Below, piece by piece: positions 8,478 through 18,262 of a stretch of DNA of 64,000 nucleotides; the stretch's first letter is position 1, and the number at the start of each line of letters is the position of its first letter. This stretch comes from an uncultured virus (IMG/VR IMGVR_UViG_3300042342_001499). Its lineage: Duplodnaviria; Heunggongvirae; Uroviricota; Caudoviricetes. The stretch lies in IMG/VR virus record IMGVR_UViG_3300042342_001499. One strand, 5' to 3'. The notes under the pieces were generated by a model. The model was not told where the DNA came from and ran no database searches. It saw only the letters and a list, made by a program, of their open reading frames with translations. The position numbers and the translations under genes were made by a program.

Positions 8478-8719
8478 TCTACTATTTCAAAATATGTTTT
8501 ATTAAAAACAGATATACATTTATTTTCTGAATGTATAATCTTTAGATAATGTCCTGACACATCGCTTTGATCTGGATGAAGATAAATCTCATCTCCATTC
8601 TGTAGAGGAACAAATGTGTGTTTCATCCAAGACATATCTCCTACGCCTTTTTTAACGATTGCTTTTTTGAGAGACTGTGTGTCTTCTTCGTAGATGTTTA
8701 GATAATTTTTTAAATCCAT
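8474..8719 (-). CDS. Hypothetical protein
   Basis: ORF track. Confidence 0.5.
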   Translation of the reverse strand: MDLKNYLNIYEEDTQSLKKAIVKKGVGDMSWMKHTFVPLQNGDEIYLHPDQSDVSGHYLKIIHSENKCISVFNKTYFEIVD

Positions 8720-8731
8720 AGTTTTTAAATT

Positions 8732-9130
8732 TTAAGTCGGAAAATTTAACGAATCAAATTTTTCCCATATTTCTTCTATTTTCTTTTCGAAGAATTCTAT
8801 ATTAATAAGTGAATCCGGATTTGTTCCAAAATCCCACTGTATAGCTTCTACTCCTATAATTCCTCTTCCTGTATTTAATTGCACTTCAAAACAGAACTCA
8901 AAATTTTCTGGATTATCTACAAGATCTTTGTAATCATAGCAATAACAATAGATAGTATACTTTAGTCCTTTTTCGTTCTCGAAGTCCTTATAATATGCGT
9001 CATAGCACACTTCTCCTTTGATTTTTTTACCATCAAATTTTATATACTTCTTAAAAACTAAAAGTTTTCTAAAGAAGCCAGAAGGATCAGTTCCCTTCTG
9101 TAGCTCCTCTATAAATAGAAAATTCTCCAT
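8732..9130 (-). CDS. Hypothetical protein
   Basis: ORF track. Confidence 0.55.
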   Translation of the reverse strand: MENFLFIEELQKGTDPSGFFRKLLVFKKYIKFDGKKIKGEVCYDAYYKDFENEKGLKYTIYCYCYDYKDLVDNPENFEFCFEVQLNTGRGIIGVEAIQWDFGTNPDSLINIEFFEKKIEEIWEKFDSLNFPT

Positions 9131-9770
9131 CTAAATATATTACTTCTATTGGTTTATTTTGAATTGAGTATCTTCTGTTTACAACACTACAATTCATATA
9201 TAATACTCCCTCCTCCTCAGATGTACCATATCCCTCGTGAATATGGCCAAAGGCATTAATTTTTGGTTTTACTCTTTGTATTGCTTTATATAGATCCTCG
9301 CATCCGACATCTTCTCCCTCCAATACCATAGATAGATGATTTTGTAAATAAGCGGGTGGTCCATGTGTTAACAGAACATCTATTCCGTCTGGTATTTTAT
9401 TCCAATGATGTTCTATTTCAGATCCTCGAAATCTATTAAAAGCCCAATTATTAAACCAAGGTGTTATTGGAGATCCCCAAAATCTTATTCCCTCTATTTC
9501 TACTTCGCTATCAATTAGACATGTAATACCTCTGGAATCCACCATATTTTTAGCTGTATCATAATCTTTTTCAAAAAAGAAATCATGATTTCCTGGTATC
9601 ATTATTTTATGATTATGTGGTAAAGCAGAAAACCAATCAAGGAAAGATTCAACTTCCCTTCTATCACCTCTTCCAGAAACGTCACCACAATGTATAATAA
9701 TATCACCATCAGGGATCTCTATCTTATTATGCTGATTGTGTGTATCTGATATAAAAATAAGTTTTTTCAA
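9087..9770 (-). CDS. Calcineurin-like metallophosphoesterase (MPPED-like)
   Basis: SDTH, GD, GNHD, THGPP, GHIHE motifs. Confidence 0.9.
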   Translation of the reverse strand: MKKLIFISDTHNQHNKIEIPDGDIIIHCGDVSGRGDRREVESFLDWFSALPHNHKIMIPGNHDFFFEKDYDTAKNMVDSRGITCLIDSEVEIEGIRFWGSPITPWFNNWAFNRFRGSEIEHHWNKIPDGIDVLLTHGPPAYLQNHLSMVLEGEDVGCEDLYKAIQRVKPKINAFGHIHEGYGTSEEEGVLYMNCSVVNRRYSIQNKPIEVIYLDGEFSIYRGATEGN

Positions 9771-10014
9771 TTCTATTAATCTTTTATCTTTTTCTCTATT
9801 TCTTCTAATGTATGATTCTTATATAATTCCATAAGGAATTCAAATTTCATTACATCTGCTAATGTATCTATTTTAATCTCATTTTCTAAATGATCTAACG
9901 ATTTTGGTAATTTGATTATTGACATAATTTATGATTTTTTAATTATTTTTTTTATCAATCTATTCGCCTTTAGTTTCGGAACAAAACCCTTTTTATTTGG
10001 TATGAAATTTATAT

Positions 10015-10317
10015 ATGATTGAAATGATAAACAAAGTTAATCCAGACCATTTAGAAGATTGGTTGATAAGAAACCCAGATAAGGTTTATGTGAGGTCTGT
10101 AGAAACTGCATTAAAACTTATGGAGAGTGAAAATTTATTAGAGTCAGCATTCTTAGAGTTCTATTGGGATAATGAGATATACTCTAAATTATATATGAAA
10201 AAAAGCGACATTCCTACTGCAATGGATAAAGCAATAGAATATTTTGTAGATAAAGAGTTATATGAATATGCAGTAAAGGCAAAAAAAGCGAAAGATCTAT
10301 TCGAAATCTCTAAATAA
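10015..10317 (+). CDS. Hypothetical protein
   Basis: ORF with a promoter-like upstream region. Confidence 0.55.
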   Translation: MIEMINKVNPDHLEDWLIRNPDKVYVRSVETALKLMESENLLESAFLEFYWDNEIYSKLYMKKSDIPTAMDKAIEYFVDKELYEYAVKAKKAKDLFEISK

Positions 10318-10431
10318 TTCTATTTTTTTCTAAAAAAACTTACAATTTACTTAAGTTTATTTTTTTTATTAACATCTTATTGTTAATTTAGCGTCATAAA
10401 CATTACTAAGTTTAATTAAAATTTAAAAAAG

Positions 10432-10638
10432 ATGTCAACAAGAAATTCCTCAAAAAAAGAGGGAATTAACGTAAGAGACGAAAGAGAATTTAAGCTTTGG
10501 GTTAAATTTATTGCATCAGTACAAAAAGACGGAGGCGATATAAATAGACCATTGGATATCCTTTGGAGAAGTGTAAATTCAGAAATTAGTTCATCTGAAC
10601 AGAAAGAAAAAACACTTAAAAGGGTGTTTGCTTCTTAA
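10432..10638 (+). CDS. Hypothetical protein
   Basis: ORF track. Confidence 0.45.
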   Translation: MSTRNSSKKEGINVRDEREFKLWVKFIASVQKDGGDINRPLDILWRSVNSEISSSEQKEKTLKRVFAS

Positions 10639-10642
10639 AATA

Positions 10643-11185
10643 TTACAATTTTCCTTCTATTGAAATTTTACCCCTAGATATTTGAGATGTGTGAATAGAG
10701 AGAGTATTATTTTTGAATCCAATTTCCCATAGGAAATTCTTTTCTGAAACGATACAATTTATTTCTAATACTTTATTTCTTATATTTCTAAGGGGTAAAA
10801 TTCTTTTCACTATTGGATATTTTTTTAAATATACACTAGGAACTTTTTTTATGGAAATATTATTAATAGAATTAAAAATAAAGTCGGGATTCTTGGAAAT
10901 AGAGCCTGGTGTAATAACCATTGAGTAGGGTGTTCTTAATTCGTCAATAAATTTAAACAGATTAAGATCGTCATCTATTTTTATTGATTCAATTTTTAAT
11001 TTTTTAAAATGCTCAAATGATGCTTGAGCTGCATATTGGTATGATCCGTCATCAGATCCAAGATCTAATATTAACACTCTAGTTCCTGTGATCTTAAACT
11101 GATCTAATAGGTTTTCTATGGTGTCTTTTAATCCATATAAGGAGTTTTTACATGGTATTATTATGGTTAATAAGGAATTGATCAA
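10643..11185 (-). CDS. Degenerate glycosyltransferase family 2-like protein
   Basis: LTIIIPCKN and ILDLGSDDGS N-terminal GT2 motifs. Confidence 0.55.
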   Translation of the reverse strand: MINSLLTIIIPCKNSLYGLKDTIENLLDQFKITGTRVLILDLGSDDGSYQYAAQASFEHFKKLKIESIKIDDDLNLFKFIDELRTPYSMVITPGSISKNPDFIFNSINNISIKKVPSVYLKKYPIVKRILPLRNIRNKVLEINCIVSEKNFLWEIGFKNNTLSIHTSQISRGKISIEGKL

Positions 11186-11189
11186 AATA

Positions 11190-11510
11190 TTATCTTAAAA
11201 ATATTTCATGAATAATTAAAGCAATACACCATACAAAACCTACTCTGAATAATCTATTTAAACTGGGATAACTGATATCTTTTATAAAATCTTTCTTATC
11301 CTCTTTTTCCTCTTGCATTCTTATTCTATTTCTAGTCATCATCATAATAAAGCTGATTCCTAGAACTTGACAATATTGAAAATTAATAAGATATGGTATT
11401 TGGTAAAGATTAATAATCGAGTAAACCATTAGAGATTCTAATAGTGTTAAAGGTAACGCTATCAATAGCGCTAAAAGGACTGCTGATGATATTCTTTTAA
11501 ATAAATCCAT
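11190..11510 (-). CDS. Membrane protein
   Basis: Three hydrophobic segments. Confidence 0.55.
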   Translation of the reverse strand: MDLFKRISSAVLLALLIALPLTLLESLMVYSIINLYQIPYLINFQYCQVLGISFIMMMTRNRIRMQEEKEDKKDFIKDISYPSLNRLFRVGFVWCIALIIHEIFLR

Positions 11511-11528
11511 ACTCTTTATATTATATAT

Positions 11529-11942
11529 TTAAGCTGAATGCGGTATCTGAACTCTTATACAATTTTGTGTTAGTCTTTTATTTTTCAGATAGTTATTTAT
11601 GTATCCCATTATGTTTGCAGAACCTATAGGATTTGCACTATGTGTTAAAATAGTTGGAAGATTTACTCCAGTGTCTATGCTTTTCTCAACAAGCCATTTA
11701 GCACAATCGTATCCTGTTTTTTCGTGTATATTAGCATAATCAAGAATGTAATTATTTGTGACATTTTTGAAATATTCTCTTATTGCAGTCTCGCCAAGAT
11801 CATGATCCAATGAAATAGTCTCAATATTATCTAATCCTATCTCATTCACTTTATTGACAAACTCATTATAATCCCTACAGATTATCCATCTTTCGTCATT
11901 AGGTGTTCTTATGTCATCTAAATATATGCTTACTTTTTCCAT
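11529..11942 (-). CDS. Cyclic-phosphate-processing receiver-domain protein
   Basis: YLDDIR, ISLDHDLG, TGYDCAKWL, HSANPIG motifs. Confidence 0.75.
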   Translation of the reverse strand: MEKVSIYLDDIRTPNDERWIICRDYNEFVNKVNEIGLDNIETISLDHDLGETAIREYFKNVTNNYILDYANIHEKTGYDCAKWLVEKSIDTGVNLPTILTHSANPIGSANIMGYINNYLKNKRLTQNCIRVQIPHSA

Positions 11943-11945
11943 ATT

Positions 11946-12395
11946 TTAATTGTTAGTCTCTTCGCTAGATTGCAATTCGATCATTCTATTTATTCTATTT
12001 CTTCCTTTCTCTCCAATAGGAATAGGATTACCTTCCTCGTCAATGTGTACAAATTTAATATGGGTCTTTAGAACAAGTACTTGTTTACCATTATATACAT
12101 TATGTGCTCTAGCTTCCATATATAATGTTACTGATGAATTACCAACTGTTGTTGGGTAACCATATATTTTAAGTAATTGACTTTCTCTTGCTGGTTTTTC
12201 AAAATTACATTTATCTATTGATACAGTTACCATTCTAGGTGTATCACATAACTGCATTGAATAACTAGCTGCAGCAGAATCTATCCATTTTAATAATTGC
12301 CCGCCAAAAAGATTTCCATGAAATCCGAGATCAGATTTTTTAATAGGATGTTGCGATATCATTTCCATATTTTTCAAATTTATCTTCGGTTGCAT
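11946..12395 (-). CDS. Hotdog-fold acyl-CoA thioesterase
   Basis: HGNLFGGQLLKWID and MVTVSID motifs. Confidence 0.85.
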   Translation of the reverse strand: MQPKINLKNMEMISQHPIKKSDLGFHGNLFGGQLLKWIDSAAASYSMQLCDTPRMVTVSIDKCNFEKPARESQLLKIYGYPTTVGNSSVTLYMEARAHNVYNGKQVLVLKTHIKFVHIDEEGNPIPIGEKGRNRINRMIELQSSEETNN

Positions 12396-12427
12396 TTATT
12401 TCAGTGATATCTTTTTACTCATTTCTT

Positions 12428-12775
12428 TTATTTTACGAATAATTGAATTCCTAATATAGTAAATGACAAGAATAAGCAGATAAGTGTTTTTGTAGTTAGC
12501 GGCTCATTAAATAGTGACAAACTAAAGTAAGTAAACACAATAGCACCAATTGAAAATCCTATTAATCTCGATGGCCACATTTGTCCGTTATAAGCAATTA
12601 CCATATTCTTAACTGAATACATAAAAAACATAGAAGCAGGTATACCTAAAAGAACAACTAACCAATAATTATTCCTAAACCAATCATACTTCAGAGATCC
12701 CTGCAACTGGAAGAAAACTAATATTTGAGCTATAATACCGAAAAATATTCCTATTATAAGTTTTCCTATATCCAT
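12428..12775 (-). CDS. Small four-TM membrane protein (DMT/SMR-like size)
   Basis: Four hydrophobic segments in 115 aa. Confidence 0.55.
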   Translation of the reverse strand: MDIGKLIIGIFFGIIAQILVFFQLQGSLKYDWFRNNYWLVVLLGIPASMFFMYSVKNMVIAYNGQMWPSRLIGFSIGAIVFTYFSLSLFNEPLTTKTLICLFLSFTILGIQLFVK

Positions 12776-12822
12776 CTTTCATCATTAGGTGTTCTTACTT
12801 CATCCAAATATACGTTTATCAT
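12766..12822 (-). pseudogene. Truncated duplicate of the 5' end of the 11529-11942 gene
   Basis: MINVYLDEVRTPNDERWI* versus VSIYLDDIRTPNDERWI; 40 of 44 nt identical. Confidence 0.7.
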
Positions 12823-12846
12823 TTTTTATTTATTATTATAAAATTA

Positions 12847-13050
12847 CTATTTAATAGACAGATAGCTTTTACCATTTATAGTCTTTACAATCCAATTGAT
12901 TTCAGGATCTAAGGAAATACCTATACTCATTGACTGTTTCAGCGCCTCTTCTTTTCTTTTCCTTTCATCTTCAGCTCTACCCGCAAGTGCACCCATATGT
13001 TTTCCCTCGCTTTTTTCTGGTGTAATAGGTGGATATTTTTTATCTTCCAT
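12847..13050 (-). CDS. Hypothetical protein
   Basis: ORF track. Confidence 0.45.
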   Translation of the reverse strand: MEDKKYPPITPEKSEGKHMGALAGRAEDERKRKEEALKQSMSIGISLDPEINWIVKTINGKSYLSIK

Positions 13051-13075
13051 CGATTATTTTTTCTTTACTCATAAC

Positions 13076-13321
13076 TTAATCTTCTAAGTTTAAATTATAG
13101 CTATCAAGAGTCTCTCTGATTTCATTTCTGATTTTTTGACAAATATCTATTTCCTCACTTGACGCTTCTTCGTTTGAATAAAACTTAATTCCGTGTTTGG
13201 TTGTTGACCTTAACTTTTGGTCAAGATCCCACATTGCCAATTTCCATTTATAACCATCAAGAGCCACTCTTGCCTCTTGCGATTCTTCGTTTGAATCAAA
13301 TTCCAATATTATTTTCCCCAT
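13076..13321 (-). CDS. Hypothetical protein
   Basis: ORF track. Confidence 0.55.
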   Translation of the reverse strand: MGKIILEFDSNEESQEARVALDGYKWKLAMWDLDQKLRSTTKHGIKFYSNEEASSEEIDICQKIRNEIRETLDSYNLNLED

Positions 13322-13355
13322 TATATTTATATTTGATGTTTATTTTTATCTTTTA

Positions 13356-14381
13356 CTAATTAGACAAAGGCGCTTTAATTGCCGGATGTGATTGGTAATT
13401 AAGCATTTGTATATCTTCTTCTATTAAACATTTTATAAATGTTCCTTTCTCTAATAAATCTAACAAATATTTAGGTTCCCAGAATTCAGTATTAATATTT
13501 AATTCTGTTAATTTCATAGGTTCTCTAGTAATCTGTTCCTTTGCTTGTTCGATGTGATTCAAATACAAATGCGTATCACCTAAATTACCAATCAATTCAT
13601 CTGGAACCATATCCACTGCTTTTGCAATGATTTCAAGTAGTAGACCATAAGAAGCAATATTAAAAGGTAAACCTAGGAATGTATCTGCTGAACGTTGATT
13701 CCAGCTTAAAGAAATTGCTCTGTATTTTCCAGGATTTGTTATTTTTTCTTCTCTGGTTGTTGGTCTTGTATAAACTTGAAATCCATAATGACACGGGGGA
13801 AGAACCATTTGGTCTAATTCACCTACATTCCAAGCATTAACCATTAATCGTCTTGAGTCTGGATTTGTTTTAAGTTGTTCAATCAATAGTTTAATTTGGT
13901 CTACATATATAGGGAAAGAGTCATTTGGTCCTACGCTATGTAATGTCCAATTTCTCCATTGTGCCCCATAGATTGGTCCTAATTCTCCCCGCTTCTTAGC
14001 AAAGTCATCATCTGTTTTGATTTTATTAATGAATTCTTCTTGTGTGTATGAACGTTTTACTTCTTCATCTTCATAAAACTCGTGACCGTCTTTGTAAGAT
14101 ATACAATAGTTCTTATAAGCATCACCATCCCAAATATGACAATTATTATCAACAAGGAATTTAATGTTTGTATCTCCACGTAAGAACCATAGTAATTCCG
14201 TTGTGATTGTTTTGAATGGCATTTTCTTTGTTGTAAGTAACGGAAACCCATCACTCATCTTGTGTCTGATTTGTCTACCAAATACTGAAAGTGTTCCAGT
14301 ACCAGTACGATCTGATTTTGTTACTCCATTATCTAGAATATCTTGGAGTAAAGTTATATATTGTTTATCTAGATTATTCAT
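13356..14381 (-). CDS. thyA: Thymidylate synthase
   Basis: DRTGTGT, ELLWFLRG, LPPCH, QRSADTFLGLPFNIASY. Confidence 0.97.
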   Translation of the reverse strand: MNNLDKQYITLLQDILDNGVTKSDRTGTGTLSVFGRQIRHKMSDGFPLLTTKKMPFKTITTELLWFLRGDTNIKFLVDNNCHIWDGDAYKNYCISYKDGHEFYEDEEVKRSYTQEEFINKIKTDDDFAKKRGELGPIYGAQWRNWTLHSVGPNDSFPIYVDQIKLLIEQLKTNPDSRRLMVNAWNVGELDQMVLPPCHYGFQVYTRPTTREEKITNPGKYRAISLSWNQRSADTFLGLPFNIASYGLLLEIIAKAVDMVPDELIGNLGDTHLYLNHIEQAKEQITREPMKLTELNINTEFWEPKYLLDLLEKGTFIKCLIEEDIQMLNYQSHPAIKAPLSN

Positions 14382-14622
14382 TGATAATATCTTTTAGTCG
14401 TTTAATTTCTGCTATCACATCATCTCCCAATTCGATTTTGGACATCATAGTTAGATCTACTACTTGGGAGTATAATACTTTAATTAATTCATCTCTAAAT
14501 TTAATTTGATTATCCTGTACTCGTGTATGTTCATCGATCATCCACTTTATCTTATCAAACTCAGTTCGAATGTCATCTTTTAGTCTATTTGATTGAGTAT
14601 CTGCTGTTATTTTTTTTTCCAT
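14374..14622 (-). CDS. Hypothetical protein
   Basis: ORF overlapping the thyA start. Confidence 0.5.
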   Translation of the reverse strand: MEKKITADTQSNRLKDDIRTEFDKIKWMIDEHTRVQDNQIKFRDELIKVLYSQVVDLTMMSKIELGDDVIAEIKRLKDIINE

Positions 14623-14732
14623 ATTTTTTATTAATATTTAATCAAAATCCCAAATACTTTTTTTGCCTTTTTTTGGAAATTTATAAGAGATCCATAGCAT
14701 AAGTTTTTGTATTTTCTTTTTAAGTGAACACA

Positions 14733-14930
14733 TTAGTCTTTATTAAATTTTTCAAATCCTTCAATTATAAAAAAAGGTCCTTCTAAATCAGTATCTGTTA
14801 GAAGTTCTGCGGTGGTATCTGCTTGCTCTTTTATGTAAAATCTGGTAGCAAATTCTATACCACCAAACCTTTTACTATTTTTTGAATAGTATCTACCTTT
14901 AATATTTTGTATCAGAAATATTCTTTTCAT
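14733..14930 (-). CDS. Hypothetical protein
   Basis: ORF track; 4-nt overlap with the upstream gene. Confidence 0.5.
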   Translation of the reverse strand: MKRIFLIQNIKGRYYSKNSKRFGGIEFATRFYIKEQADTTAELLTDTDLEGPFFIIEGFEKFNKD

Positions 14931-15277
14931 TCCAATGGTTTTAAATATTCAACTTTTATCCCATTCTGTTTTGCAAATTCAATCTCTGCTGCAACACCCT
15001 TAGAATTTTCCCATCCAGGGATAGTATTACACACTAGGAGTTTATCACATTTATTAAGTAGAACCAAACAGAAATCCATCCAAAATCCCCAATCAGTTGC
15101 CATTTCTTTGCATTCCGATAGAACGTGTCCGTATGTTATAGGTGAAATAGCAACATGCCCATTAGATACAAGATCTGCAGCTATTTTTGTAACTTCTAAA
15201 TAATTCTGAATCCTAATGTTATTATCTGGATTAGTATAAGGAGAAGCAATATAAATTAATTCCTTATCCGTTTTCAT
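14927..15277 (-). CDS. DUF1937 / nucleoside deoxyribosyltransferase-like protein
   Basis: IYIASPY, SPITYGH, GWENSKGVAAEIEFA. Confidence 0.7.
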   Translation of the reverse strand: MKTDKELIYIASPYTNPDNNIRIQNYLEVTKIAADLVSNGHVAISPITYGHVLSECKEMATDWGFWMDFCLVLLNKCDKLLVCNTIPGWENSKGVAAEIEFAKQNGIKVEYLKPLE

Positions 15278-15740
15278 CTTCGTAGTTTTCTTCCGTTTCT
15301 AATCCTTCTTTATATTCTAGTGCTATATGTAAAAGCCCATTTAGATATTGCCATTTAGGAGCTCCGTGTGGATAGCTTGGAAATAATTCTTTTAGAACCG
15401 ATTCTTGCCATTCCTTCTCTGATTTAACAGGAGAAATCCATGATCCATCTTCCGAATTAAAAGCAACAAAAGTTTGTACTCCTTTAATAAAGATCTCTAA
15501 ATCTTCCTTCTCTGGTTTCATATCTCGTGAATATGAATCATAATATATTTCTTTGCCATCAGTTCCTGTCAATGGAACATTGTTGTATATGAAGTCAGTA
15601 AATTGGCTAGTGGATAGTATATCAACTATTGTGTCTTCTTTATCATACAATACATATTCATCAGAATCTGTTTTTTTAGCTTTAAGTATTGGCCCTTCAC
15701 TATTTAGAAGTACTATCTCGTCAGATTTTTTCGATCGCAT
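15264..15740 (-). CDS. Hypothetical protein
   Basis: ORF track. Confidence 0.55.
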   Translation of the reverse strand: MRSKKSDEIVLLNSEGPILKAKKTDSDEYVLYDKEDTIVDILSTSQFTDFIYNNVPLTGTDGKEIYYDSYSRDMKPEKEDLEIFIKGVQTFVAFNSEDGSWISPVKSEKEWQESVLKELFPSYPHGAPKWQYLNGLLHIALEYKEGLETEENYEDENG

Positions 15741-15912
15741 CTTTTATAAAATTATTCTCGGGATTATAATCACCAAGATTGTAAGTAATATAATTCTTCT
15801 CTATTGGATTAAATAATCTCACCATTAGATAATTTAGTTCAGATATATGAATTTTTTCTAATTCATACTCTTTATCTTCTAATATTATTTTTGGATTTAT
15901 TTTTCCTGACAT
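15721..15912 (-). CDS. Hypothetical protein
   Basis: ORF track. Confidence 0.5.
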   Translation of the reverse strand: MSGKINPKIILEDKEYELEKIHISELNYLMVRLFNPIEKNYITYNLGDYNPENNFIKDAIEKI

Positions 15913-15918
15913 ATATTT

Positions 15919-16470
15919 TTATTTATTAGAATCTTCTCCGTCCTTTGATTTTTTCTTAGGAACTATTTCTTTTTTAATTTTATTTTTTTTCTTACCTGGC
16001 TCTTTTTTAAAGTCAAATTCGGTTTTAATCTCAGTGGGTTTTTTAAGCTTTTGGTGTAAATCCCAGTTTATTATACATGGCATCTTCTCATCGGTAAGAT
16101 TATTCACTTCTGTAATATTATTAGCGTCTATTATTTTTTCCTCTTCATTTTTACCTTGGATTCGAAAGTAATTACTTTCTACAAGAAAGCTATGAAGGCC
16201 CTTAAGATTTTTACAAATTTCTTTCTTGTCCTCATCCCAAGCCTGCATATCTTTTCTAGGCTTTCCTGATATTCCATTTTTATCATAAAGATACCAGTAT
16301 AACCAGTCTTGTCCAGTATCAGTTAATATTTGACTCCATAATATAGTAACAGCTTTCTCGTATTCATCATGGTAATCAAGGATGTCTATTTTTAATTTAT
16401 AAGCTTCGTCACTTTTTCTGTGCATTTCAATTAAATTGTCTATACACTCTTTAAAGTCTTTAAAATCCAT
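15919..16470 (-). CDS. Hypothetical protein
   Basis: ORF track. Confidence 0.55.
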   Translation of the reverse strand: MDFKDFKECIDNLIEMHRKSDEAYKLKIDILDYHDEYEKAVTILWSQILTDTGQDWLYWYLYDKNGISGKPRKDMQAWDEDKKEICKNLKGLHSFLVESNYFRIQGKNEEEKIIDANNITEVNNLTDEKMPCIINWDLHQKLKKPTEIKTEFDFKKEPGKKKNKIKKEIVPKKKSKDGEDSNK

Positions 16471-16543
16471 ATTATTTTTATTATTTTACAGAAAAAAAGA
16501 ACAAAAGTTCCGGAACAAAAAACAAAAAAAGCGTATAATTTTC

Positions 16544-17152
16544 ATGATATATTTCACTTCAGATACTCATTACGGGCATAAGAATTTAGTTTCCGGATGT
16601 ACCTCTTGGGACAATGACAAAAGATGCAGAAAGTTTAGCTCCCTTTCTGAACACGACGAATTTATAGTTAGATCAATAAATTCCACTGTAGGATACGAAG
16701 ACACACTTTATCATTTAGGCGACTGGAGTTTTGGTGGATTCGATAATATTAAGAAATTCAGAGACAGGTTAAATTGTTCAAACATACATTTAATACTAGG
16801 GAATCACGATCATCATTTGGAGAATAATAGAGATGATTGTCATGATTATTTTTCCAGTGTACAACATTATTTAGAAATTGAGATTGATGGAATCCGAATA
16901 ATCATGAGTCATTGGCCGATGAAGATGTGGAACAAATGCCATAAAGGATCTTGGCAATTACATGGACATTGCCATAATAATCTTCAGCCAGACGAATGGT
17001 GGACTTCATCAAAAGCAAATGAAAGAAGAAGAACCATGGATATTGGATTGGATACAAACTCTCTTAAGCCTTGGTCTTTTAATGAACTTAAGAAGATAAT
17101 GAACAAGTTGGATAAATTCGGTAAAGCTTTAGATCACCATGAGAAAGATTAA
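16544..17152 (+). CDS. Calcineurin-like phosphoesterase
   Basis: TSDTH, LGD, GNHD, HGHCH; start moved to ATG 16544. Confidence 0.88.
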   Translation: MIYFTSDTHYGHKNLVSGCTSWDNDKRCRKFSSLSEHDEFIVRSINSTVGYEDTLYHLGDWSFGGFDNIKKFRDRLNCSNIHLILGNHDHHLENNRDDCHDYFSSVQHYLEIEIDGIRIIMSHWPMKMWNKCHKGSWQLHGHCHNNLQPDEWWTSSKANERRRTMDIGLDTNSLKPWSFNELKKIMNKLDKFGKALDHHEKD

Positions 17153-18222
17153 ACCGTAGGTATATTAATCTGATCCATTAAATTTTCCGGTTTTTTATTC
17201 TCTATATCTTTCCAAACATCGGATTTCGTAATTCCATTATCCTCTGTCATAATTAAAGCCTTCTCCGTCCATTCGGATTTAACAGCTAAATTTATTGACT
17301 GTATATTTGATGTACATTCCAATGATCCTAAATCTAAAGAGTCTTTAATAATATCTGATGCTTTGTTTATGAGTTCTGTACAGCAGGCATCGTGATTTTT
17401 TTTCTGTCCGCTAATATGGAATTTAAAAATATTCTCAAAATATTTTTCCGTTTCCTGTCCATTTATTTTTGTTAGTAAAGCATCACCTATTTCTCTGTAT
17501 GTTTGAATTTTTAGTCCTTCTAATTCACTTGAATGATTTGCTTTTAGTCCGCTTATAAGCTCTGAATATATTTCAATAAGGGTATTTATGGCTTGTATCT
17601 CTTTAGCTCCTCTTAGACCCTCTAAAGTTGATCTTACGTGATCCTTACCAAATATTGAATGATCTATATTATCCGTTGGTATTCCAAAAAATTCAGGCAA
17701 ATAATCAAGTACTATTGTTAAGGCTTCTTGTGGAATTCTAGTTGCTGTATTTGTCCAAATGTGACTAGTAATATGTGTTAAAGGTGTAATTGCCCTATAT
17801 TGATGAAAAAACGGAGGATCTATTCTAAATCCACCTCTATATGGTAATCCATTAACAGCATCTATTCCGCCATTAATATATATTTCTCCCGATCCAAAAC
17901 TTCTGGGTATATTAAATCTTCCTTCAAAATCAGTGATAGCTGTTTTTATTAAACCCCCACTATTTGCATACAAAAAATTTACTCTAGCACCAACTAAAGC
18001 AGCATCAGAAACAACCCCGTGACTTCCATCTACATCTAAAGCTCCATCATAAGCACCATCTTCACCTGTATCATTTTTTTTACTAAACGGATCTTTGTAT
18101 TTCTTCCTCTCCTCTGCTTCATTTAGAAGTCTTTGAGTTTCTTTTTCTCTCTGCCATATTTTATACTTTATAAGTAGCTGATTCTCTGACAGACCTGGAT
18201 ATTTGTTTCTAAAGCTTTTCAT
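17149..18222 (-). CDS. Hypothetical protein, possibly virion-associated
   Basis: 357-aa ORF with GATATATA upstream. Confidence 0.6.
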   Translation of the reverse strand: MKSFRNKYPGLSENQLLIKYKIWQREKETQRLLNEAEERKKYKDPFSKKNDTGEDGAYDGALDVDGSHGVVSDAALVGARVNFLYANSGGLIKTAITDFEGRFNIPRSFGSGEIYINGGIDAVNGLPYRGGFRIDPPFFHQYRAITPLTHITSHIWTNTATRIPQEALTIVLDYLPEFFGIPTDNIDHSIFGKDHVRSTLEGLRGAKEIQAINTLIEIYSELISGLKANHSSELEGLKIQTYREIGDALLTKINGQETEKYFENIFKFHISGQKKNHDACCTELINKASDIIKDSLDLGSLECTSNIQSINLAVKSEWTEKALIMTEDNGITKSDVWKDIENKKPENLMDQINIPTV

Positions 18223-18262
18223 AAATAACTATAGATTATATATCAGCAGGATTTTATATAAA

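Noticed and set aside
13356..14381. Intron or intein in thyA
   Set aside because: The ORF is continuous; the extra length is an ordinary variable insert with no splicing motifs.
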